DNA of 63,984 nt, counting the filler, from Lenisia limosa (lineage: Eukaryota > Protista > Breviatea): the NCBI GenBank assembly GCA_001655205.1. It is 16 parts of 16 records of this genome, joined end to end, with 100 filler letters (N's around TTAATTAATTAA, not from the genome) between each part and the next. Parts side by side here need not be neighbours in the genome. Positions count along the whole stretch, not along the records: positions 24,793 to 26,445 come from LPNZ01004217.1; positions 26,546 to 37,190 come from LPNZ01005889.1; 14 more parts are not named here. One strand, 5' to 3'. The notes under the pieces are model-generated. The model had not been told where the DNA came from and searched no databases. It saw only the letters and a list, made by a program, of their open reading frames with translations. Of this stretch, positions 24,975 through 37,290 are shown in pieces; within the stretch, counting starts at the first letter, position 1, and each line of letters begins with the position of its first letter. Position numbers and translations under genes: made by a program.

Positions 24975-26445
24975 GACACACGAAGGCGTCCGCGTGTCGC
25001 TCTTTGAACAGCACACCCCATCCTCAGTCAACCCGTTCCACACCCCCATCTCGGTGGGGGGGGGGCTTATCATGTACTATATGATAGTATATGATATACT
25101 AGTACTAGTAATATATGATATATGATATATAGTACTAGTACATATGATATGTAGTATATTATATCATATATGTGGGTCCTCAAAGCTCCGGACAGCATTC
25201 AAAATTCACCGGACACATCAAAACTCCCGGACAGCTTGAAGTTGACCCCTTGTATGGGTCAACGGTAGTGTTTAATACAAAACTGGGTTCGACAGAAAAA
25301 AAGAGAAAATGACCTCTTAATGTTCCCAAACTTTTTTTTTTTCAATTTTGAGCAAGTGTCAAAAATCCGTGAATTTGGTCTCCCGGAATGTAAAAATTGT
25401 ATTTTATCCTGTGATTATGACTGAAATTATTTTTGAAAATAACAAGAAAATGAAGTTTATAGGGAAAATTCAAGCTGTCCGGGAGTTTTGATGTGTTCGG
25501 AGATTTTGAATGATGTCCGGAGCTTTGACTATATATCATATATATATATAGTATGTTTAATTACTGTGTATATATAATATATATATTATATATAGTATAT
25601 CATATATAGTATATGATATATTATATTATCATGTATATGTAGTATATCTGCCTTGTTTGGAGGAGGGGGTCTCATAAAATTTCAGTAATCTAATATATTT
25701 TTATCTTGATTGTGTTGACGGCTTCTGTCAGATACCATCTGGTTCATTTTCTCNNNNNNNNNNNNNNNNNNNNNNNNNNNNNNNNNNNNNNNNNNNNNNN
25801 NNNNNNNNNNNNNNNNNNNNNNNNNNNNNNNNNNNNNNNNNNNNNNNNNNNNNNNNNNNNNNNNNNNNNNNNNNNNNNNNNNNNNNNNNNNNNNNNNNNN
25901 NNNNNNNNNNNNNNNNNNNNNNNNNNNNNNNNNNNNNNNNNNNNNNNNNNNNNNNNNNNNNNNNNNNNNNNNNNNNNNNNNNNNNGTTGTAGGTTTTGCT
26001 AGGTTTTTCTCACTCTGAATCCATAATCATATCATATGATATGCTATGCTTGGCAATACATTCACTAACCGTGATAAGTCCTGATACAACTATTGAGCTT
26101 TATCTCAATTCTATCGCGTCTTTAACACCGTATTAATCCTTACTGTGACGCTCTCAGGAGAGCTCGTATTGATTATTATCTAATAAGACTGTAATAAGAA
26201 ATATTTTCTCTCTGATACACAAAATGCCATATACTACACATTTAGTTCTCTTTCACCTTGTACTATCCAGATATAGCATGTTATAGGATACAAATGTATA
26301 AGACATAATGAAACAATATTTTAACGGTTGCAGGAGAGCTTTCTTTCGGCCAGCGCACACGTGTCATGTTCACGATCTTCTCGAACCTCGGTAGCGACCT
26401 TCTCCTTTTGGACCAACCGACTGAGCATTTGGACACGTCAGCTGC
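24975..26445 (+). CDS. ABC ATPase fragment, ABC-F/EF-3-like second nucleotide-binding domain
   Basis: THEGVRVSLFEQH (Q-loop region) and GELSFGQRTRV...DLLLLDQPTEHLD (signature motif and Walker B region). Confidence 0.75.
25180..25528. mobile_element. MITE with ~60-bp TIRs
   Basis: TCAAAGCTCCGGACAGCATTCAAAATTCACCGGACACATCAAAACTCCCGGACAGCTTGAA at 25180-25241 is mirrored at 25469-25528. Confidence 0.85.
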
Positions 26446-26706
26446 NNNNNNNNNNNNNNNNNNNNNNNNNNNNNNNNNNNNNNNNNNNNTTAATTAATTA
26501 ANNNNNNNNNNNNNNNNNNNNNNNNNNNNNNNNNNNNNNNNNNNNCCCCCAACATGTGTTGGTTTATCTTCCGGCTTTTTAACTTCTACCGCTTTATTAC
26601 TAGGAATTGCTTCACGTTGGAATGCTGCTTCGCGTCTAAAGGATTATGCGGATCAAGATTTTTTTTAAAAAAAACGTCAGTAATGCCTGCCGTACCCCTC
26701 CCCCCC

Positions 26707-28654
26707 CTACTCGGCCTTGCGTTCGTACCATCCATCATAGACCTTCTTGACTGCCGGCCACCGGGCCTGAAATGTCACCAGAATATCTGCAATTGATAGT
26801 TGAAGATGGTCTGTTGCGTTTAATGGCAATAGAGTTGTAAACACTGGCTCCACCCCTGCATACACAGATTTCACCAATGGTCTCTCGAACTTTGATAAAG
26901 CCGTTATGCTGCCGTCCTTAAGAGTGAGTGAACAATATGAGGAGAAAGGAGAAAGTTAGTTCTCCAGCATCAATGTCCCCCCTTGACGACCCCCTCGCCC
27001 ACCATTGACATGATTGATAGAGCGCTCACACGTATCGTCAGCACCTAGAAGAGTAAAAGGTGGGAATAAGAAATAAAAAGAAATATCAGCCTGAAGCTGC
27101 CGTCTCCATTCGTTATAAGAGTATTGATTCTTGATTACAGAATATTTAATTCATCCAAGAACAAATGCGCTGGATTATCTGCCTTTATAAGCATAAATAA
27201 TGGACTTCTGAAATAGAGACAACCCTACTGTCGGGATATTACGGTATTAGACCCACCAAGATAGGCACCACACAAGTTACAAACGGACATGTAGCCTTCA
27301 GCATGAAGATCATAGATGCGGTCTCTTTCAATTGTCTACACTAGTAACCAAGGGGGGGGGGNNNNNNNNNNNNNNNNNNNNNNNNNNNNNNNNNNNNNNN
27401 NNNNNNNNNNNNNNNNNNNNNNNNNNNNNNNNNNNNNNNNNNNTCCCACCTTCTCGATGAACCGCATTTCCTCGAGTACAGTGTCGTAGTCCTCCTGAGC
27501 CTGACGCGTCTCATCAACTAGGCCCTGCTCTGACAACATTTCAACCTGCGTGGTCAAAGGTGATAAAGAGAGAAACGACGGGATTCAATACAAGAGTTTC
27601 TGGTTACCAGAAGTAGTGTGAAAATGATGCTCAAAAAAAGGCGACAAACCTTTTTCTCAGCCTCAGCAACAATGGACACAAGCACAGCATGACGCTCCAA
27701 CCTACAAAGGGTTACAAATAAACGCAGGGGAACAAATCTGGTTTAATACACCCTCTAGGGCCCACTTTGCATCAGACAGGGATACACGTTCGCACTCTGT
27801 GGGGTTTGTAAGCCGAAGTCTTCTCTTCGAACGAAGTACACTAGGGATGTGACAATGGATATAGGGAAGCCATGTCAAAATCAAATATTTTCGAAGAAAA
27901 ATAACCACACTGATAATCAGACCTCTTATCAATGTTGGACACGAAGGAAAGGAGGTGCTTAATGAACTCCACGTAGAACCTCGATTTGACGTCGTTGGGG
28001 GCTGTTGTTTCAAAGCTAAAAAAGGGTTATCAAAGAAAGCAAAAAAGTTCTATATTGGAGCACAAAATTGATGACAGATAGAGGACGATGCTGTGATTGG
28101 TTCATTGGATATCATATGGAGCTAGCTAAAAAAAGAAATACTGGTTCCAGTGAGAAAAATATACGAAGATTTAACATTAGCTAATGCATAATAAAAATAA
28201 AAATAACCAAAACGTCAGGGGAGTCTGCTTTAACAACTCCGAGAAAGAAGGAAGCTTGTAATAACAAAAAAACCTTCAAGGAAACAGATAGACAGGCTGG
28301 CGAAGGTTTTCACTTACTCCCGTGTATGGCATTAAGACCAGTGATAAGAACTACCAAAATACTGTTGATACCCACTCGTATTTAGCATCATCGTCATGGA
28401 CCTTCGAACAGGGGCCTGAATCACAAATAAAAACAATACCACAATTCACTCGAGAGTTGACAAAAAGCTCGTGAGGACAGAAACCACAGATGTAACTTTT
28501 ACAGACACGGGGATCACTGTCGAAATAAGCCAAGGAGGAAATGAACAGCCTACTAGTAGCGGTGCTTCTTGACTAAAACTTCACCTTTGACATTATCACG
28601 ATCTCGCCCCATTAACTGATCCAAAAGAGTCTTATTATCCATGACATCGGCCAT
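26707..28654 (-). CDS. LUC7: U1 snRNP-associated splicing factor LUC7, multi-exon
   Basis: MADVMDNKTLLDQLMGRDRD, VCKSYICGFCPHELFVNSR, GPCSKVHDD, YMSVCNLCGAYLG-ADDTCERSINHVNG-RQHNGFIKVRE (two zinc fingers). Confidence 0.9.
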
Positions 28655-29186
28655 TTTGAGGAAATCAGGCGTTTAGATCAGTGAAACCAAAAATGTGGGT
28701 GCTTCAGAAAGAATCAACAAACTTCAGGTAGACCTTGAAACGTCTTTTGCGATAACCAGCAGTAATCAGTGAGATTCAGCGTAATCAAAAGGAGCGGCGC
28801 GCAATCTGGCGCAATTTTCAAACGTTTTATAATGTATAAAACCCCCCAGGGACTGTTTGTAAGCAGATCATGCATGCAGTAGCAATGTAACAATATACGT
28901 ACAAATTACAAGTACTTCTACACTACTCTAATAACTCTCTGATACTATTTATCTCTTTAAACCAAACCTTGTTTGAATAGTGTGTCCAAGTAACGCACTG
29001 TCCTCTTCTCTTCTTTCTATTTGTGCAAATTCAAGTTAGAAAAAAGATGAGTGAAAAGAATAGGTAAGATATGTTTGAAAAAGACGCGCGCTTTTGGTTC
29101 TAGTGTTATTACCCCATTGACATTGACCGTGATCATGAATAAGTTAACCTGGACTATGCTAATCATATAGTTGTAGTTCTCCTGAA

Positions 29187-32016
29187 ATGTCTCCGAAGGC
29201 CATCGTACTTTCGTTGATCGGTAACCTCCTGGTATGCTGTTTGAGTAATATCGAAATGTGTGTATACCTGTACGTCAGTCTTGGAATAGTTCCTTCTCAT
29301 CATCCAAGGGTCTTGAAGTTGAACTAGGACTCGCTGATGGACGCGCAATTACCGGACTTCTTGGTGCCGCACGTAACATGGAAGGATCTCCTGGCGTTTC
29401 GTATTTGCTCTATAACAAGTGGGAACATTTTCTGGGATTGTATTCAGACTGTTGTCAGTGCCACTTTAATGTCTTCAGAAAAGACGACCAAAACTCTGAA
29501 CCCGAATCTTCTGTCATTGTCCCTTGTTGGGGGGGTTAGTTAATCATAAAAAAATGGGATTAAAATCATAAATTTTTCAACCAAAGCTGACCCATTTGCA
29601 GCCAGTGACGTATCTTACCTTGTCACTCTCTCTGCTGCTGAGGCAAAACCTGCTGATGAGATATCCAAGTTTTTTGACTCAGACATCGCGGCCAAAGCTA
29701 GACCCTCACCTCCTGCTAGTGGAAGAAATCGGTAAGGCCATATTCTCCGTCGTCTTTTGTTGATGTATGACACTGTGTTGTTCCATTGCCTCGTTACCTT
29801 AATCTTACCTGAGCAGTGAGCTGAAAGCGTGGGCTCCCGATGCTTCAGACAGTGTTCCTGAGTCGCTCATGAACTGGGAGAGGAGGGATAAGAGAGAGTG
29901 AGGGGATGGAGATTTCCGTTCTTTCGTTTGGCATTTATAATATGTCCATTTCTGTAGACTGTCTTTTCTTACTGAGAAGATGGAACCAATTTGAAGCAAA
30001 TCAGAAGCTATTTGGTCTGCAATCGACCTATGATGAGGTTTGTGACTACATTGGCCAAATATGATCTGTGCCAGATGTCTCACTTATTGTTCCACCTTCT
30101 TGATACCAAGTTTGCTCCTGAAAACGACATGATCATCTTGTTACTTTTTGTCATGGGGATTCATCATAATTTCAGGAGCTCTATACCACAAAGCTTGACA
30201 AGAATTCAGCACTGTATAAGGATAACATTGAAATGGCGACTCGGTTTGCTTGGAGCAGAGGATGAGGTTTTTACAGATAAGGTTTTGCACAATGAAACTT
30301 GGGTTGTTCAACTCTATGATGCTGAAAGTGAAATGGTTTTTACATTGATTCAAAGTATTTTACCTGGATAGAGTAGCCGCGGACCTTGAAAAAAAGGGCA
30401 AGCAAGGACTGACAATGCATCAACGGGAGGAACGCGGCGAGATGCTTGGTATGGAGCTATAAGAACGCGGACTGACAAATATTAAACTTGATGTGACCTT
30501 TATTTATTTCTGCAATATGCGTTTTTATCTTGCACTGATATTTCTTTGATATCCCGTTTACCGACTAGGTCTCGAAGACAACGTTCCGGCACCACACAAC
30601 CCCAGGTTAGTTTGGGCATTCAGCAAAGACTGATCTATGTTAGAGAAAAGAAGCTTAATAAATTGTCTTATATTATGCTAATCACACTGTTACCCATCTG
30701 ACGACTACTCCATAGGTCTGGGAGGAAAAGCCGAAACCAGGACCGAGAACAACCGACGAGGTCAATGGACACTACTTGGAGGCGAGGGCCAAGGTGAGTA
30801 TCTCCAATCAGACATTTTTTGGATAGTTCTCTTTAGTTATATAGTCCAATACCACCCCCGCTACGCAAATAAATATTACCATCACAATTCTTTCAATGTG
30901 AGTGGTCAGCGTTGTATCGAGTGCATTCGTACTTTGCAATCAGTTCAAATGGAGCTGCTGTGTTAGTTTGAAAGTTGAATTGAATCTCACCCTTGCAGCA
31001 CAAAAACCTCCCCAGTTCCCTCCCCTCAACGCTCTCCTGAGCCGACACCAACACCAACTCCTACTCCGTCCCCTGCGGCGTCCCCTGCAAAAGTCTCTAC
31101 TGTAGGCTGGTGGAGACAAGTTACCATTGATGGGTTCAATGATTACAACACCTTATTTGTTCAGGAAGAATCAAAGAGCGTTCAAGAAAACCCCCAACCA
31201 AGTCCAAAAGCAGCATGTGAAGCTTCGCCTTCAGCAGCAACAAAACCTACAGAGTCAAAGGAGCCGAGTGCTGGTGGGATGAGAAGAGCTTTGTTGTTTT
31301 TCACATTTGCAGTAATTTGCAACAAGAGCAACTTCAATATTTGAATTTTTTTCCTTACAACTTGCAGCAACGTCCAGTGAGCCTTCAGACCCAGCCCCCG
31401 TTAAACCAGAAGAAGAGAAACCGAAGAAGGAGAAAAAGGTTTGTGATGAGCTCGATGATAAATGTGGGGGCACTACAAAGGATCAAGCATTGATTCTATA
31501 GTAATGATGATCGTGGTGCTGCTTAAATATTGATGGATTTAGAAGCTGAATGTCAATGCTCCCTCTTTTGTGCCAAAATCTCGACAAGCAGCCCCCGCCA
31601 CCCCGCCAATGGCTGTGCCTCAGATGATGTATCCTCCTATGATGATGACCCAGGTGAGTGCCAACTGAACTATGCTCTCCCACTGTTATTGTTTTCGTGG
31701 TTCTTTCTTCTAATTATAGCCTTGTATGTTGTGTCTTTTCAGATGTCAGAGTATCATATGGTGTATATTTATTCACTGAACTTTTGTTTAAGATTATGTC
31801 TGACCAATATAGCCGCAGCCTATGATGTATCCTCCAATGAGATATCCCAATGGAGCAATGGTAAGCGTTCAAGAAAACCCTGCATTCCTCCATATGAATG
31901 CCTAACATTTGCTGAAGAAACAGGCCCCACCCCCTCGCTATGGTATGGTGCCCATGATGCCGCCTATGTACCAACAGCCCCCTATGTACATCCCAATGCA
32001 GCCACAGCCACAGTAG
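29187..32016 (+). CDS. ATXN2: Ataxin-2 / Pbp1 homologue (Lsm, LsmAD, PAM2, Pro/Met-rich tail)
   Basis: GLEVELGLADGRAITGLL (Lsm); [28 protein letters not shown]...DRVAADLE...HQREERG (LsmAD); KLNVNAPSFVP (PAM2). Confidence 0.88.
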
Positions 32017-32332
32017 TTCTTTTGTTTGCAGTGGTCGCTTTTGTATCTTTCAAGCTTTGTGACTCGCTATTGAAACTGAGTAAATTATTTACTTCTCACT
32101 CCTACCCCCTCTCTGTTTCATTGCGAGTAAAACTTCAATAAATCAAAATATAACCCTTCCAGTTCCATCCGGACAAACATAATCCATTTCATTACAATCC
32201 AGCTCCCAATGTTGCTTGATTTTTAGCAACAAGTTGATTTATGACTCATCATTAGTACTCACCCTAAAGTCATAACTAATTGGGTCATACTTCCATTCAA
32301 ATTATCAAATGATTCAATCTGTATTCTAAACA

Positions 32333-35300
32333 CTAATCACTCCACGCCGCGTTGACATGCCGGGCAGCAAAACTGAAAACCTCAGCCCTCTCTTCAATCA
32401 CCAACCGCAGCGGCTTCCCTCCACCATGGCCTCCCTAACTGATTAACAACACTATATGATATGAGAGGACCTCACCTTAGTTTCCACTCGGAGAACAAGA
32501 GGTTGCTTGTTATCAGGGCATTTGGACTGAAGGGTTGCAATCATCTAAGCAGTAAGACAGAAATGAGAATAATTATTAAGGAATAAGCAAGTCCACACAC
32601 CTTGAAGGAGTGGCCTGGAACCACACGGTCATCGTATGCGCCACAGACCACCTGGTTATTGTGAGAAGATTAACAGTAGGGGTGAGGATATCCACAGAAG
32701 AGGTCAAACCATTGTTGCAGGGTATTGTCTATTCTCAACAACATTGTGCACTGGTGAGATCCTGAAGAGGTTACAGTATCAACTATGACAGCGAGTTACA
32801 TGAAGACCAATCCGCATACGCTATCAGGTTCTTGAAGTCTTCTTCACTGTTCTCTGCACATCCGTAGTCGCTGCACCATGCCGAACCAATTGTGAACTAC
32901 GAATTGATTATAAAATTTCCTCCATCAAATCGTGTAGTATAATCTCATTATCCTAATTTTAACGTGTTTTAAAAGATATTGTTGCTCTCCAATCCACGGT
33001 TTTTTAAAATATAAAAAGAAACAATTTGTTTACTGTCCTTTAATTTCAATATTTTCCACTGATAGCAAACAGTTAAAATTGTTAGAAAAAGTATAGTCAG
33101 GAAAAGAAAAGAGACCTAGAGCACCAATATAGACATCCAGTCAAAGACCTTTTCAAAATTGAAGAAAGCATACCTTATGGAATCTCAACATGTCCAAAAC
33201 ACCGACTTCGGGGACTGCCACCGCCATCACCTCAGGTGCTCTCAGCAAACATGCTCCAACCAAAAGGCCTCCATTGCTTCCTCCATGCAAGACCTGTGTG
33301 GTGAAATCCGAATTGTTTTGTGCATCATACAGTTGCTTGAGAGGACGAATAACCCTCGTGATGCAGGTGTTTGGTGGCTGAAATGAAATCGTCGAAACAG
33401 TTAGTTTTGTTGAGCAGGCAGCCTCCTTCGTGCCAGCTTTCTCCAAACTCTAAACTGAGGGGTCAACTTTGAAGGGATAGAAACCATAAAAAAGCGATAT
33501 AATCCCAGAGTTCAACCAGAATTTTCCTTGCAGGTTGTGTAAGGAAACATCAAACGCAAGCGACCTTATATTGTAGCCCCTTCACCCTCCACGGATATTG
33601 ACGACAGCCACGGTTCCCTTGAAATTTTGCATCCACAAAATTCTGAAAAGAGATCAATCTGTGATTTGGTTTGACAATCAAATTATATGCATCTTACTAA
33701 GTCCCTTATATATCATGATATCGATATATGTTTATTCATTTTTGCGACCAGACGACGGTGCCAAAAAGGAAGTTAACCCTACCTTGTTGCAGAGAAAGCC
33801 GGGAGCACCGAAATTCGGAAACCTGATGAGAGTTAAAACAAAAATCTACACTCTAATAGAACAATGCAAAGAGTAACCATCCAACCTCCATAGGCGTACA
33901 CATAGAGAGGTGTGGTTGGGGATTTAGGGGTATCCTAAACTGTGACACTTGGACACGGATGTAGAATTACGAAATGAAAATGCAGTGTTCGGCCAGGGCG
34001 GTCACTAATTGGGAACGGTATCGATCACCTTATATTTTAACTTATCTTCTTACTTTCAAATCTAAGCCCCACACACCTTACGACGAATAACAAACATCGG
34101 AACTTTGGTTCCATCAGTGCTAGTGGACCAAATCTAGGGCCATGAGTGTTGCTTCGTATTTATTGCTGATCACAAGAATAGCCCATGTCAGAGTAGGAGC
34201 AACCATCATCGACTGTCAACCAACTTGTTCAGAAAAGAAGTCATTGCGGTCAAAAGCGTCAAACTCAACATCATGGTGGACCTCAAGGGAGTCGTTTGTG
34301 GTGCTAATGGTTAGTCAAAGTGCAACAAGAAGAACAGTGGGGAAGGCCACTCTTACTCATATTTGTAAATGGTACCAGGCTGCAGGAAGGAGACAAACTT
34401 GAAGTAGAGAACCGAGTCCTAAAACAGTAACAAAACAGCCTAAACAACAACCTTGAATCTTGCGTAAAGGCTTGAGAGGGCTCCAGCTTCTGGGATTGCT
34501 GCTTTCTTCTGTTCCTTTGTTTCTGGAGGGGTAAGTGCAACAAGAAGTAAGGTTTCACTTTGGTTACTTGAAGGACAGTGAACAAATAATTCTTACTCAC
34601 TCATATCACGGAGAATAAGGACCGACTGGACATTTGAGAGGTACTCCAGAGCCAAAACATCTCCGTTGCACAGCATTACAGCGTCACTCAATGGTTCCTT
34701 CGACTCTGCAACAATTTCTGTGACCTGAAAAATGAGGCTTGCATTGGAAGATGCTTCAAGAATCTAGTACAAGCAACATTTGTTTCAAACCTTATGAGTC
34801 GTATCGTTGATGGAAACAACCCGTTTGTTTGGAGCATCCAAGTTTGTGACAAAGTACCATTCATCATCAATCTACAGACATCAAACGCTTTCAGAATAAT
34901 ATTATCGTAAATGGAAAAAGTCCTGAGGTAGAACCAGGGGGTATAATAATCAAGGTAGAACGGAATGATACTAAAACATTTTATCGTCACTGTATCGAGT
35001 GAAGCCAACGTTCCCAGGTAACCTTAGAAATGTACTCATAGTCCGCTTCAAAGGTATCGATCAGTTTCTTCATTCCCTCATCTGGGAGCATTATCATATA
35101 TCATATATACTATATATTTGCAGAAATAAGTATCCATAACACAAGTCTTCAATAGATAGAAAGCAGTCTTTCAACCTGGTCTATCGAGGTCCCATGTGTA
35201 GACAAGTGTTTTATCATCACATCCCTCGTTGACTGTAATCATCAAATTCCTGAGAGGTGAGAAGAACGCCTCTGAATTTGACAATCTTCTGTTATTCCCA

Positions 35301-37190
35301 TACACTTGATAGAGGGCTTCACTCTGTCTACGATTTGTCAAGATATCGTCATTTTGAGACCCCCCCCCCCCNNNNNNNNNNNNNNNNNNNNNNNNNNNNN
35401 NNNNNNNNNNNNNNNNNNNNNNNNNNNNNNNNNNNNNCCTCATGCTCCTTGTCACAGAGCAGCATTTCGTCTTTGGACTGGTCATCCCCAAGTTCTGCGT
35501 TATAAAACTAGTGAGCCATCTTGGGAATTCACAAATGACTTGATAATGTGCCATTCTTAATTTACACTATATTGTGGGGCACTATTTCGGACATCTAGCA
35601 ATCGCGTACTGTGGAAATAGACTTCCATAAATTTACTATTGTCCAATTCTTTTCCTTTCTACAAAATAAGCGACTGGGGAAAGACCTGGGGCTGGAAATA
35701 TTGATCAAGGGAAAACGTCAGAGCAAGTTGTTTACACCCCCACCTGGCTTGCATCACCATCTTCAAGGGATGCGGGCTTTGGGAAGCGGCAATAGTAAAA
35801 GCCTCTGGCTTCACGGTTCCATGAAAGTCTGAAAAGTGATGAAGAAAGAGAATGATATTGTATTGTTATAGTATTTGAATAACAATCGAAATTGATAACA
35901 ACATATCATTTAGTCAGAGTTCACACTGCTCCTACTGTGAGAATTTGATCCATTCAAGTTTATCATCAAGCTGTGAACAGTCTTCAACCTATTTCGTGAA
36001 ACTGGCTGCCACAGACTGATTCTATTTGAAATTGATTCAATGTCCCAATAAATCGTCGATAAACAAGACCGAGGTTTGCTTTCTTTGACAACAAAAGTGG
36101 CGCATTCACTTGTGTGATAATACCAGTGAAATNNNNNNNNNNNNNNNNNNNNNNNNNNNNNNNNNNNNNNNNNNNNNNNNNNNNNNNNNNNNNNNNNNNN
36201 NNNNNNNNNNNNNNAGACAATAGGCCAATAGCTTGCCATCACTGGGTTAGTTTAGTAGTAAGAGGAAGGAGGAAGTCTCATTGTTAGTTAGACCTACAAG
36301 GAGAGGCTGTAGGAACCAAGCGATGTGGTACCGTCATCACTCAAGGTGTTGGGGTCAAGCAATACCTTAACAGTCACAGGTATTCTGAACGAGAAAGCCT
36401 CCCCTTTTATTTTGGAAATGAGGAAATAGTCCAAAAAAATAAAATAAGACATAATTAATGAGCGAGAGTACTACTGATTTGCTACATCAACTGGGAATTT
36501 CAGAGCAACCAATGCTCACTCTTGGCTCTTGACCAGGGCAGTCAACGACATACAGAACGGAATGGTTTTGAAGACCAGAGTTGAGGAAATAGAACTCCCT
36601 GATGATTAAGATAAGACTGGGTTTTCAATTTTGGTGTATTTCACAAAATCTACACATATGTACATTCCCCTATTATCTATTTACCTTCCTGCCAACCTTT
36701 CTCCGGTATGGGCCTTAAAGGGAACAGAGTACTTCGGAAAGTCCATAAGCTCCTTCAACCTGTGATGAGGATTTAAGACCGTGGTATTTTTATTTGGAGA
36801 GAAATAAAACAAATCCCTGAAATCCCTGAAGCTGCACCCACTTTTCTTGGGCCTTTTCGACAGTTTTGCACTGCTCCTTCAGGTAGCCATCTGTTGTGTT
36901 GCGCTGTTCCTTGATCCAGTCCTATCCCGTCATAATATAGACATATTACATGTACATTCAGACCACTTTTGATGACCTTGATATCATAATATAATCCCAT
37001 CCTCAAAGAGGAAAGTGATCGTCAGTGCTTAGTAATTAATAATATAAGAAGACCAAGAGAAAAACATTTCAATCAGATAATGATAAAGGAAACAGTGGAT
37101 GGGTTTATATTATACCCCTCAGATAACACCTTACCTGGACTTCAGGATCAGTGTTGCGTTCGAGCCATCTGTAGGGGTCCTGCACCTTGC
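32333..37190 (-). CDS. PREP: Prolyl oligopeptidase (peptidase S9A), many short introns
   Basis: [99 protein letters not shown]...[15 protein letters not shown]. Confidence 0.95.
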
Positions 37191-37290
37191 NNNNNNNNNN
37201 NNNNNNNNNNNNNNNNNNNNNNNNNNNNNNNNNNTTAATTAATTAANNNNNNNNNNNNNNNNNNNNNNNNNNNNNNNNNNNNNNNNNNNN

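Noticed and set aside
30141-30353. Minus-strand ORF containing a kinase-like LWYRAPEIM motif
   Set aside because: It is the antisense of the ataxin-2 LsmAD exon (ELYTTKLDK); no other kinase subdomains are nearby
31530-32141. 203-aa ORF
   Set aside because: Off-frame read-through of ataxin-2 exons and introns; the PAM2-containing frame is the real one
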